A DNA stretch of 64,000 bases from Squalus acanthias (lineage: Eukaryota), in the NCBI GenBank assembly GCA_030390025.1, contig CM059438.1, positions 63,552,001 through 63,616,000 of the forward strand, read 5' to 3'. A model generated the notes under the pieces. The model did not search any database and was not told where the DNA came from. It was given only the letters and a program-made list of their open reading frames with translations. The position numbers and the translations under genes are program-made. Positions 37,785-49,917 of the stretch are shown piece after piece. The stretch's first letter is position 1. Every line of letters begins with the position of its first letter.

Positions 37785-38096
37785 GGCCCCTGCTGTGGAA
37801 ATGGCTTCTGCCATTGCTAACAACATCAATGAACCCAGCACGCAACCCCTAAGCCGGCCAAGGCACCAATGATTCCAAACACCAAACATGTATATTTTGA
37901 ATACAAAAACTTATTTATTTTACAAACTCTGTGTGTGTCATTTCCTCATGACAAACTCATAGAAATAAACACAAAAAAACAGTCATTAACATAACTGGTT
38001 CTGACAACGTGGAGATAATGTCCAAAACACTAGACAAAAGTTGGACCACGAACCTCGGCCTTTAATAAAAAAATGACCAGCATTTTGTCACACCTC

Positions 38097-39969
38097 CTAC
38101 TTTTTGCCCTTCGAGGGTGATCTCCTTCCCTTGCGCACTTCCCCCCTTCTAACCCTACTGCTCCTCCGTAATGGGACCTCAGTGGCTGCAGCAAGGCTGG
38201 TGGAAGGCTGCTGCTCGTCAGACCCTGACACTGCAGATGCCCCTGAAGGACGGCCTCGACCACTTCTGGGCCTGGAGGGCCCGGCTGCAGACTGCACCAA
38301 CTCTGCATGGGCGGCAGCAGTCTGTCCTACAGGCGGTGGCAAGTGCAGTGGAGAAGTGACAGTGTTGGCAGCAGGAATGCTGTCATCGTGAGAGAGGACA
38401 GCAACTCCCTGCTCGCCCGACACACTGGCACTCCCACGGGGCAGCACTTCAGCATCCGGAGCAATCTGCTGGAGCACAGATTGCTGGTCTGCTGCGGCGC
38501 GGTGAGAGCCCGGGGACATGTGAACGAACCATCAAGGTTGGCAGCAGTCAGTGCTCGCGTGGCCTCAATCTGAGTCTGCATGAGAGCAGTCAGAGATGGG
38601 ATCACGGCAGTCAGTGACTGAATTGCAGCACTAAGCGTTAGTGTGGCATCCGCCTGTGCTACAGCGAAGTGCTCCACACTCCTTGCCAGTGACTCAATGC
38701 ATTCGGGCACCCTTCCCACTGCACCCATGAGCTCAGTGTGCATGCCCACCGCCTGGGTGTTCATTTCTGCGATCAGCCGCTCCTCCTCTGTGTCCATTGC
38801 AGTAGGAGTCGCTGGCATACTCTCCCTCTGGGGAGAAGGCCTTCGTTCTTCCCTACCCCCATGGCGTTGCTGCAGCCCACTGGGTCCTGGAGCTTCACCC
38901 TCATCAGACCCTTCCCCCCTGCTCCCCTCCAGGGAAGGCGTGTTCCCAGTGTGGGCATGGGCTTCCTCGGGAGAGGGTGGCACTGATGCTCCGGCTTCCT
39001 CTTCCTCCTCGGCTGCAGCTTCACTCCCACTGGCAGCTTCAGGGCCCGTCTCCTCAGCTGGTGAATCACCATCTGAAAGCAGGGAGGTACAAGAGTGGCT
39101 TTAGCATGAGGACAGGGTGGCAGTAAGGGAGGAATAAGTGCAGCGAGTTAGCAAGTTGGATTGAAAGTGTCAAAGGCTGGTGTTGTGAGGGACAAGTGGA
39201 AGGACAGAGGACAAAAAGGTGATGACCTTACCATTGCTGTCCAGAACGGGGTCGGCGTCTCCAGTGGCGACGGGACCGATCACCCGGCTTGCCACAATCC
39301 TGTGGACGCGCTCCTCCAGATCGCTGAGGGATTGCAGCTGAGGCCGCCCTCCACCTGTCCGTTGCTGCTGTCTCCTATTATGCGCCAGCTTGGCCTGCAA
39401 GAAAAAGGACAGCATCTGAGTAAATATACAGCCATGGTCTTGCCTGATGTGCCTCCCATAGGCGAATAGCCCTTACTGTATACAGCCATGGTCTTGCCTG
39501 ATGTGCCTCCCATAGGTGAATAGCCCTTACTGTATACAGCCATGGTCTTGCCTGATGTGCCTCCCATAGGTGAATAGCCCTTACTGTATGCAAAGTGTGG
39601 AATGTGTGTGTGTGTTTCATGAAAGGGCCATAGGTGTTGGATGAGTGTTGTGCATTGGGGTTTTAAGACCCTCTGGCCATAGAGTGAGGTTGAGATGGAG
39701 GGATGGAGAGGTATTGAGAAAAAGCCACTCACCCTGACGACCCGAGTGAGGTCGTTGAACTTTTTGCGGCATTGAGTATGGGTCCTGGGCACCATGCTCC
39801 TGGAGGAGACGCTCTGAGCCACCTCCCTCCACACTCTTCTGTACTCGTGTGGCAAAGGCCTCCTGCCACTCTCAGGGAAGAGTATACATCTTCTGCGCTC
39901 CACCGCGCCAACCAGAGCATCCAAGGCCCGCTCGGTGAAGCGCTGAGCTCGTTCTCTCACCCTCTCTAT
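38097..39969 (-). pseudogene. B2 Myb/SANT-like gene, disrupted
   Basis: Start ATG is ATA here; 1 bp deletion at ~38512; three 54 bp repeats in intron 1. Confidence 0.85.
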
Positions 39970-40675
39970 CCTTGGCAGCAAAATGGATTCACAGGTCTCT
40001 CCAGGCCGAGATTCAAGGCTGCAATGAGCAGGGTGTGGCTGGGGAGCAAGTTGGCCCCCCCCGCTTTAAGAACTGGCCGGCGCCAGTGTGTCTGTGTTCC
40101 CTCGCTAACTGGCAGCACCTGCGCTGCGCTCACGCGCTGAGTTAGTGCCTCACTGCTCGGCCTTTGCGCCTTAAGACAGGTGTGCAGCGCCTGATTTAGC
40201 GCTCCACTCACCTCCCGGGGCGGTAAAAGTGAAGTTTCCAGTCAGTGGCGATAATTAGCGCCAGGCGCTAATATTTGCGTCCAGACGATATTTGCGCCCC
40301 AAACGGGGCGCGACCTAATTTTTCCCCCTCAATGTTTTCAACGGGAGACTGGATAGGCACTTGAGGGAAATAAACTTGCAGGGCTATGGAGATAGAGCGG
40401 GGGAATGGGACTGACTAGATTGCTCTACAGAGAGCCGGCACGGACTCGATGGGCTGAATGGCCTCCTTCTGTGCCGTTATGACTCTATGACTTGAATGAG
40501 GTATATAAAATTATGAGGGGCCTAGATAGAGTGGATAGGAAGGACCTATTTCCCTTAGCAGAGAGGTCAATAACCAGGGGCATAGATTTCAATTAATTGG
40601 TAGAAGGATTAAAGGGGAGTTGAGGAAAAAAAAATTCACTCAGAGGGTGGTGGGGGTCTAAATCTCACTGTCTGA

Positions 40676-43600
40676 AACATAGAAACATAGAAGATAGGAG
40701 CAGGTGTAGGCCATTCGGCCCCTCGAGCCTGCTCCGCCATTCAATGCGATCATGGGTGATCATCCAAATTCAGTACCCTGTCCCTGCCTTCTCCCCATAT
40801 CCCTTGATCCCCTTAGCCTTAAGAAATATATCTAACTCCTTCTTGAATATATTTAATGAATTGGCCTCAACTGCCTTCTGTGGTAGAGAATTCCACAGGT
40901 TCACCACTCTCTGGGTGAAGAAATTCCTCCTCATCTCAGTCCTAAATGGCTTACCCCTTATCCTTAGACTGTGTCCTCTGGTTCTGGACTCCCCCGCCAT
41001 CGGGAACATCCTTCCTGCATCTAGTCTGTCTAGTCCTGTTAGAATTTTATAAGTTTCAATGAGATCCCCTCTCATTCTTCTAAACTCTAGCGAATATAAG
41101 CCCAATCGACCCAATCTCTCTTCATACGTCATTCCTGCCATCCCAGGAATCAGTCTGGTGAATCTTCGCTGCACTCCCTCCATGGCAAGAACATCCTTCC
41201 TCAGATAAGGTGACCAAAACTGCACACAATACTCAAGGTGTGGTCTCACCAAGGCCCTGTACAACTGCAGCAAGACATCCTTGCTCCTGTACTCGAATCC
41301 TCTCGCTATGAAGGCCAACATACCATTTGCCTTCTTAACCGCCTGCTGCACCTGCATGCTTACCTTCAGCGACTGGTGCACAAGGACACCCAGGTCTCGT
41401 TGCACTTCCCCTTTTCCCAATCTATTGCCGTTCAGATAATAATCTGCCTTCCTGTTTTTGCCACCAAAGTGGATAACTGCACATTTATCCACATTATACT
41501 GCATCTGCCATGCATCTGCCCAATCACCCAACCTGTCCAAATCATACTGGAGTTTCTCTGCATCCTCCTCACAGCACACATGCCCACCCAGCTTTGTGTC
41601 GTCTGCAAACTTGGAGATATTACATCTCGTTCCCTCGTCTAGATCATTAATATATATTGTGAATAACTGGGGTCCTAGCACCGATCCCTGCGGTACCCCA
41701 CTAGTCACTGCCTGCCACTCGGAAAAAGACCCGTTTATTCCAACTCTTTGCTTCCTGTCTGCCAACCAATTCTCTGTCCAAGTCAGTACCTTACCCCCAA
41801 TCCCATGTGCTTTGACTTTGCACGCTAATCTCTTATGTGGGACCTTATCGAAAGCCTTCTGAAAGTCCAAATACACCACATCCACTGGTTCTCCCTTATC
41901 TATTCTATCAGTTACATCCTCAAAAAATTCCAGTAGATTAGTCAAGCATGATTTACCTTTTGTAAATCCATGTTGACTTTGTCCAATCCTGTCACTGTTT
42001 TCCAAGTGCTCTGCTATTACATCTTTTATAATGGACTCTAGCATTTTCCCCACTACCGATGTCAGGCTGACAGGTTTATAATTCCCCGTTTTCTCTCTAC
42101 CACCTTTTTTAAATAGTGGGGTTACATTAGCTACCCTCCAATCCATGGGAACTGTTCCAGACTCTATAGAATTTTGGAAGATGACCAGCAATGCATCTAC
42201 TATTTCTGGGGCCACTTCCTTAAATACCCTAGGATGTAGATTATCAGGCCCTGGGGATTCATCAGCCTTCAATCCCGTCAATTTCCCTCACACCATTTCC
42301 CTACAAATACTGATTTCATTCCGTTCCTCCCTCTCATTAGACCCTATGTTCCCCAACATCTCTGGGAGTTTATTTGTGTCCTCCTTTGTGAAGACTGAAC
42401 CAAAGTATGTATTTAATTGGTTTGCCATTTCTTTGTTCCCCATTATAAATTCCCCTGATTCTGACTGCAAGGGACCTACACTTGACTTCACCAATCTTTT
42501 TCTCTTCACATATCTATAGAAGCTTTTACAGTTAGTTTTTATGTTCCTTGCAAGCTTACTCTCATACTCTATTTTTCCCCTCTTAATTAATCCCTTTGTC
42601 CTCTTTTGCTGAATCCTAAACTGCTCCCAATCATCAGGTTTGCTGCTTTTTTCTGGCCAATTTATATGTCCTCTCCTTGGATCTTATGCTATCCCCAATT
42701 TTCCTTGGTAGCCACGGTTGAGTCACCTTTTTTGTTTTATTTTTATGCCAAACAGGGATGAACAAATTGTGTAGTTCATCCATGCGATCTTTAAATGTTT
42801 GCCATTGCCTATCCACCGTCAACCCTTTAAGTAACATTCCCCAATCCATCCTAGCCAACTCGTGCCTCATACCATCATAGTTTCCTTTATTTAAATTCAG
42901 TACCCTAGTCTCTGAGTCAATTACTACTTCACTCTCCAACTTAATGAAGAATTCTATCATATTATGATTGCTCCTCCCCAAGGGGCCTCGCACAACAAGA
43001 TTGCTAATTAATCCTTTCTCATTACATAATACCCAGTCTAAGATGGCCTGATCTCCAGTTGGTTCCTCGACATATTGGTCCAGGAAACCATCCCATATAC
43101 ACTCTAGGAATTCCTCTTCCACAGTATTGTTACTAATTTGGTTAGCCCAATCTATATGTAGATTAAAGTCACCCATGATAACTGCTGTGTCCTTATTGCA
43201 CGCATCTCTAATTTCCCATTTAATGCCATCCCCAACCTCAGCATTACTGTTTGGGGGTCGGTATACAACTCCCACTAATGTTTTCTGCCCCTTGGTATTT
43301 CTCAGCTCTACCCATACAGATTCCACATCATCAGAGCTAATATCCTTCCTTACTATTGTGTTAATCTCCTCTTTAACCAGCAATGCTACCCCACCCCCTT
43401 TTCCTTCTTGCCTGTCCTTCCTGAATATTGAATACCCCTGGATGTTGAATTCCCAGCCTTGGTCACCCTGGAGCCATGTCTCCGTAATCCCAATTATACC
43501 ATATCCGTTTACATCTATTTGCGCAGCTAATTCATCCACCTTATTACGAATGCTCCTTGCATTAAGACTTGTTTTTTTAACACCTTTTAGAATTATTGTT

Positions 43601-43791
43601 TACTGTGGCCATGTTTGATTTACACCCTTGATTTCTCTGACTTCCACTTTTGCTTTTCTCCTTCCTGTCTTTTGCTTCTATCCTTGCTTCCCTTTCCTCT
43701 GTCTCACTGCACAGGTTCCCAACCCCCTGCCATTTTAGTTTAAACCCTCCCCAACAGCACTAGCAAACACTCCCCCTAGGACATCGGTCCC
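40676..43791 (-). mobile_element. Young CR1 with ORF1 C-terminus, APE endonuclease and RT
   Basis: GITETW, VVYRPP, MGDFN (42634-43539); RT 40770-42281; frameshifts between; GAAA at both junctions. Confidence 0.96.
40770..43560 (-). pseudogene. CR1 ORF2 (APE-RT), frameshifted
   Basis: Three ORF pieces; the RT part is open for 503 aa with KFADD. Confidence 0.92.
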
Positions 43792-43854
43792 GGAAAGGGT
43801 GGTAGAGGCAGAAACCCTAATCATATTTAAAAAGTACTTCGATATGCACTTGAA

Positions 43855-44646
43855 GGGCTCAATTTTCACCGGCCCGTGGAGGCGGGAGTGGTGTGAAAAT
43901 AGCAGATTCGGGGGTCCCGAACCTATCCCGCCCCCAACCCGCCTCCATGCCAGTTTCCCAGGAGGCGGGTACCCGACCTGTGCTGGAACCCGCCTCCCCG
44001 AGGCGGGAAGGGGATTAGTGCCAATAAACTGCCTGTTAACAGGTAGTTAACAGGCAGTTTTTTGCCTAATCCCTACTTTTAGCCCTGAAGTGTGGGCTTC
44101 CCGACAGGTCCGAACCACGCCGATTTAGCAAGGCGGACCGTCGGTCTGGAGGGCTTGGACGGGTCGAGATGTCCGGTGTGCAGGTGAGTGATGGGTGCAT
44201 GAGTGCAGAGGCAAGTGTGTTTGGTGTGTGTAAAGTGTTTTAAGAACTTTTACTTACCTTAACTTTGTCCTGCAGGCTAGCTTCCTTAAGGTGTCGGGAG
44301 TCCCTTACATCCACGGCACAGAAAGCAGAATGGCCGCGGAGCTGTCAAAAGCTGCAGTCTCTGCTTTCTGTGCTGGATTGATTTCTAACTGAGTCTAAGT
44401 ACAGGGACTCAAGTTAGAAATCATATTGTCAGTGTTTGACGGCTTCACAGACAGATGAAATTTCAATGGTTGACGTCACCTGTATCCAAGGGACCCTTGA
44501 TTGGCCTGCTAAGCCCGCTGGGCGGGCTTAACAAGGTCAATCAAGGGAAAATACAATGGGTTGGCCACAATTCGATGGAGGCGGGACTACAACCCAAAAA
44601 GTGGGAGTCCCGCCTCCATCACGTCCCCATTGACAAAATCCAGCCC
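43855..44646. mobile_element. Harbinger MITE related to family D
   Basis: Ends GGGCTCAATTTT / TGACAAAATCCAGCCC (identical to the right end of D); TSD GAA. Confidence 0.9.
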
Positions 44647-45260
44647 GAAGTGTCAGAACTACAAGGCTATGGACCAAGAGCTGGAAAGTGGGATTAGGCT
44701 GGGTAGCTCTTTTTTGGCCGGCACAGACACGATGGGCTGGATTTTGCCAGGCCCGAGGAGGCGGGTTTGAAGGCAGGTCAGGTGGGAAAGTTGCCAAAAA
44801 TGGCATTGGGCTCCGATCCTGCCTCCAACCCGCCTCTGAGCAACTTTCCCAAATACGGGCTTTCAGACCCCATTTCGGTCCCGCCTCCCAGAGGCAGGAT
44901 AGGCCCTTAAGGCTCTTAACAACCACTTAAGTGCATCTTTAATGCCATTTTGAGAGGCCTTTCTGAGTTTAACACATTTCCTGTGTGCTGCACGTCTCCC
45001 CTGGAACACACTAGTTAATCCTGGCGGGCTCACAAGTGGATGGCTTACTAACAGCTGCAGCTGCAGCATAAAAAAGGAGTTTTCAACAATGATCATTTGC
45101 AGGTGGCAGAACTTTCTTTTCTCAGGTCTGGGAGAACTTTTTGCAGGTCTACTCATTTTGGAAGTTTTGAAGCTGGGATCCATCTCCACTGTGACCTACT
45201 GGGAAACCCCTCTCCCCACCTTGACTGAGCGCTTCCTCAACTGAGGTATATACCTGCAGC

Positions 45261-46520
45261 ATGGGAACCATTTATTTCCTTTCCTCCTGGACATCAGATT
45301 TGGACGAAGACCAGCCGCGGCAGCAGCAGAACCAGAAACAACAGCAGCATCAACAGCAGCAGCAACAACAGGAGTGCCAACCTGCTGCTCACCCACCTGA
45401 CGCTGCACAGGCCAGAAGGCACCAGCGCAGGGAAGGACGTCACCGCAGGAGATACCTCCAAAACAGGGTTTACAGACAGAGGATCAGCTACCTCAACATG
45501 ACTGAGCAGCAGTGCCAAAGGAGGCTCAGACTTTCGCGCAAGGTAGTGGGTGACATCTGCGCAATGCTGCAGCAAGACCTGGAGCCCAGAGGAGCGGGTG
45601 GACATCCTTTACCAGTGGCCATCAAAGTCACCACCGCACTCAACTTTTTTGCATCAGGCTCATTCTAGGGATCAACAGCAGACATCAGCGGCATCTCCCA
45701 GGTGGCCTCACACATTTGCATCACGCAGGTAACCCTCTTTGCCAACGTGCACAATTACATCCACTTCTCCAAGGATCAAGCAAGTATAACCACGCGTGCG
45801 GTTGGCTTTGCTAATCTGGCAGGCTTTCCAAGGGTGCAGGGCATCGTAGACTGCACACATGTGGCCCTTAAGGCACCCCATCACAATCCAGGTATTTTTG
45901 TCAACCGCAAGGGCTTCCACTCCCTCAACGTGCAGCTGGTGTGTAACCATAAGAAGGAAATTTTGCATGTTTGCGCCAGGTACCCTGGCAGTTGCCATGA
46001 CTCCTTCATCCTGCGCCAGTCTAGTGTGCCTCCGCTCCTCAGTCCGCCAGACCAACTTTGCGGATGGCTACTTGGAGACAAGGGCTATCCCCTGAAGACG
46101 TGGCTAATGACGCTGTTGAGGAGGCCATCCAACGAAGCTGAGGAGCGCTACAACTCCAGTCACATTTCCACCAGATCCATTATCGAGCAAACCTTCGGCT
46201 TGCTGAAGATGCGACTCAGATGCCTTGATAGATCAGGTGGAGCCCTGCAGTACTCAGCAGACAGGGTCTCCAGAATGGTCGTGGTCTGCTGTACACGTCA
46301 CAACTTGGCACAGCATCGTGGCTTGCAGCTGCCTGAGGAACAAGTGGCTCATCACATAGCCTCCACAGATGAGGATGAGGAGAAGGAGGAGAGGAGGAGG
46401 AGGAGGAGAGCGACAATGAACAGCTTGCGGAGGCGCATCAACCAGCGGCAGCAGCACGCGAGAACATTGCTGCCCGGGATGCAAGGGATGCACTCATCTT
46501 GGCCAGCTTTGCTTGGGCTG
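45261..46520 (+). pseudogene. D transposase with poly-Q N-terminus, disrupted
   Basis: [24 protein letters not shown]; stop at 45666-45668; frameshift in the acidic tail; 3' end approximate. Confidence 0.9.
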
Positions 46521-46759
46521 CCCAATCAAACACATTTGGCTCGCACCTTCTTACCACACCATCGACAATGGACAAGAACCTACGGCTTCCTATCACTCTG
46601 ACCACCAGACTGACAAATCCAAGTCGCCCTGAGCCCTCAATGTGGAAGTCCCATTTGCCAAATGACACAGCCCACAACTTCAACAGTTTGCCATCAAGTC
46701 ATTTTATAACATTAATTCATGGATGGCATTTCACAATTAAACACAACAGAACACCCAAG

Positions 46760-48765
46760 TGACTACCCTTGTGACTACTTGTGCTTTATCTTCCTCTTAT
46801 GCGTGCTCCTACGTGGTGCTTCCCATGTGGCTTCAGCAGATGTGGCGGCCCCTTGCTCACTTTCATGCTGCTCCTGCCTCGACACCTTTGGTGGGCATCC
46901 TCTGGGGTTGCGAGCCTATGAGGGCTCGGCAACATTCTGCTGCTCCTGCAGCTGTGCAGGGGATGAGACGGCCAGCTCAGTTGGGTGAGGACTCTGGTGG
47001 GGCTCTGACTGAGGGCTCTGCAGTGGCATGGAAGTGTGAGCGCTTGGAGAGGTGCCCCCACTTTCTTGTTGTCTGCCACCAACATCCCTCTCATGGGTCA
47101 GGACCACTTCAGAGCTAGCAAGTGGCTTGACAGCACCTTGCTGCACTTCAGGGGGGCCATGAGGACCCATTTCTGAACTGGCAGTCCTACTCCAGAGGAC
47201 TTCCATGAAGCTCTGGTTTCTCTGCTCAATAGCTGTCCTTTGCTCCTCCAGAGATGTCAATCCATTCTGAACAATGACCATGTTTTCAACACTCTGGCGA
47301 CTTAGCTCGTCCATGGCCGCAGCCATCCTCTCCTCTACCGTAACCAACCTTTCCACGGAGGTTGCCATCCTTTCCACGGAGGTTGCCATCCGCTCCATGG
47401 TGATGCGTTCATGCGCCAATGCCTCCACAAAGGCTCTGCTCATGTTAGCGATGGACTCCTCCATTCGCTCCACACTCACAGCGACCCTGGAGACAAAACC
47501 TGCCAGAGACTCCTGCACCTGTTCCTGGAGTTCCAGCACCGCTCTCCTTCTGGATGGATCCGGAGGCACAGGGTCGACATTCAGCTGAGCCGAGCTGGGA
47601 GCGCCCTGTGCCCTCCGACGAGGACTCTCCACTGCTGTCCCTGTCTCCACCATCTGCTGATGCTCACTTGTGATCTGTGATACACCAAGTGACAACACTA
47701 CTCTATCTCCCGAAGGTCCCACCGAGGTGTGAGTGTCTGCGCTGGTGCTGGGTGCGCTTAATTCTGCTGACACTGCGCCCTCAGAGGTTGCAGCTTCCTC
47801 TGAGGAGTCTTGTGGCTCAGGCTGTTCCTCCTGGACTGGACAGTGGGGAGGGGGGCTGTCGATGGTCCTTTGGGGGAGTAAAGGAAAGAGTTAGACATGT
47901 GAGATAAACGTTGCGTGCACATTGAATTGTGTAGATGATCATAAGTCAATCTGTTAGAGCATTAGAATCAAGATCAGTCACTCATGCTATGTCAATGAGA
48001 GAGATGAAAACTATTCTGTCACCAGCTTGCTCTGATGCGCCCGTCTGTCCGTCCCCCACTTGCGCATCCTCCTCGACTCCCACAATCTCCAGGGCTACCT
48101 CCTCTGCACTGGTGAACTGGGCTATTGAGGGTGGCCCTCCTCCTGTCTTCACCCTTTCCCTCTTATTGTGGGCTCTCTTTTCCTGCAATGAGGGACACAA
48201 GTGGAGTTTGAGTGAGAATGAAGGAGTGAGTGTAGAGAATCCATAGCATAGATGCTTAGAAGGACAAAAAGATGGATTGAGGTCCCAAGACCAAGGGCTC
48301 TCACTTTGTGTTGTAAGTTGTTGTCATAGCATAACAGTGATAGGGAGTGTGAGAGCTGCATCGTCAAATAGTTACGTGAATGTGAACATACAGAGAGAGG
48401 GAATGGTTAAGGGTGCAGGGATGTAAGGGTCAAGTGGGATGTGGAGGAGGAGGTTGACAATGAAGAGTGCTGGTGATGAGAGGCGATGGGGAGCAGATTG
48501 AGAGTCATGGTGATGTAATACTCACTTTTCCTGTGCGGAGAAGGCCATGAAACCTCTTTCTGCATTGCAGCCAGGTTCTGCTGCACATTGAGATGGCACT
48601 CACCTCCTGTGCCACTTGCAGCCACACAGCTTTGGTCTGCTGGGGAGGTTTTTTCCTCCCAGAAGAAGGAAACAGCACTTCCTTATGAGCTCGTGCTCCC
48701 TCCACCAGAGCTTGGAGGGAGTCCTCATCAAAGCGGGATGCGCACTTGGGTCTTGAGCTTGCCAT
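46760..48765 (-). pseudogene. D Myb/SANT-like gene (exons 48765-48526, 48182-48023, 47867 onward), frameshifted
   Basis: RFDEDSLQALV...WLQVAQEVS...QCRKRF; heptad repeats ERMATSV; exon 3 changes frame; 3' end approximate. Confidence 0.82.
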
Positions 48766-48865
48766 GTTTGCACCACTAATCCCTCAGAAGTCTCAGCAAA
48801 AAAGTTGTAAGGCAGAAAATGAACCAAGGCTGCTTGCAGGCCTTAAATGCAGCTGCATAGATGAT

Positions 48866-49085
48866 AATGAGAAGTCGCACAACACCAGGTTATAGTCCAA
48901 CAGATTTACTTAAAATGACAAGCTTTCGGAGCTATCGCCCCTTCCTCAGGTAAAGTTACACCTGAAGAAGGGGCAGGATAGCTCCGAAAGCTTGTCATTT
49001 TAAATAAATCTGTTGGACTATAACCTGGTGTTGTGCGACTTCTCATTTTTGTCCACCCCAGTCCAACGCCGGCATCTCCGCATCA
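48866..49085. mobile_element. Second Penelope-like fold-back insert with hammerhead motifs, inside D
   Basis: ~86 bp inverted arms; 12 bp TSD TGCATAGATGAT (48854-48865, 49086-49097). Confidence 0.8.
48958..48996 (+). ncRNA. Minimal hammerhead ribozyme motif (mirror on minus strand at ~48917-48951)
   Basis: CUGAAGA, stem II GGGGC/GCUCC, GAAA, self-complementary AGCU; stem I is weak. Confidence 0.6.
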
Positions 49086-49917
49086 TGCATAGATGATGTC
49101 ATCAGAGGCGAGTTTCAGGACCAAAAGACTCATTGGGCCAGGGGTTCCCACACGCTGGAAATCAAGTGCCCAATTAGGGCAAAATCGCTCAATTGTCCAG
49201 CCTCACATCGGAGGCGGGGGCGGGACCCGCCGACCACCTGACCTGCCCCCAACACGGCCCAAATGACAAAATCCAGCCCGATGGGCCAAATGGCCTCCTT
49301 CTGTGCCGTAAATTTCTATGATTCTAGACATGGAAAAGCACCAGTCAGAAAGAAGGCTGTAAATAGGGCATTGAATCACACTTGTGATAAATGTGAAAAC
49401 CCATCCTTTGTCATCCCATAAAATATTGCTGTATCCCTACCTCTATAGAAATCACTAACTAGACTAAACATAGCATATTTAAAATGGTCTCCATCCAGTG
49501 GTTCGTTTGGGGAGGGTTTAATATTTGTAGTTTAGGATGTTCAGCTAGTGTGTGTGGCTTGTTCCACCACCAGCCTTTGAACACACTAACCAGGTTATGG
49601 ATCCTTTTGGAGAATAATATTTCCAATGAGACAAAGAACTCAAACTTGCAGACTAGTCATTATTTTAATGGCTAAACCATCAGAGAGTAAAGCTTTGTTC
49701 TGCAGGGTAAATGGTGAATCTGATTTAACAATCAAGCCTAATCCCATTATGCCTTATCGAGATCCTGATTGGTTATGCAAAGCCTGGTGATGTGAGTATG
49801 GTTGTTCTTCAAATAGTATCACGTTCAAGGCGTTCCACTGTTTTTTGATCTGGTTTGCAGACGACTCTAAGATTGGATGCCTGTCAGCCTGGGATATATT
49901 CTGTAGGGTTTTGTCAC

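Larger units (their letters stand above)
36114..40328. mobile_element. Harbinger family B copy B2, full length
   Basis: TIRs GGGGTAAAAATT / AATTTTTCCCCC; perfect TSD TCA (36111-36113, 40329-40331). Confidence 0.95.
36088..40490 (+). mobile_element. Short CR1 3' tail inserted in the CR1 above, itself split by Harbinger B2
   Basis: 36088-36113 plus 40329-40490, ending ATGACTCTATGA. Confidence 0.75.
44734..49279. mobile_element. Harbinger family D, full length, genes decayed
   Basis: TIR GGGCTGGATTTTG / CAAAATCCAGCCC; TSD GAT. Confidence 0.95.
34270..49326 (+). mobile_element. One decayed CR1 broken by five insertions (pieces 34270-36087, 40488-40676, 43792-43854, 44647-44733, 49280-49326)
   Basis: RT motifs at 34643-36087; the later pieces rejoin into a continuous CR1 3' end. 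Confidence 0.85.
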
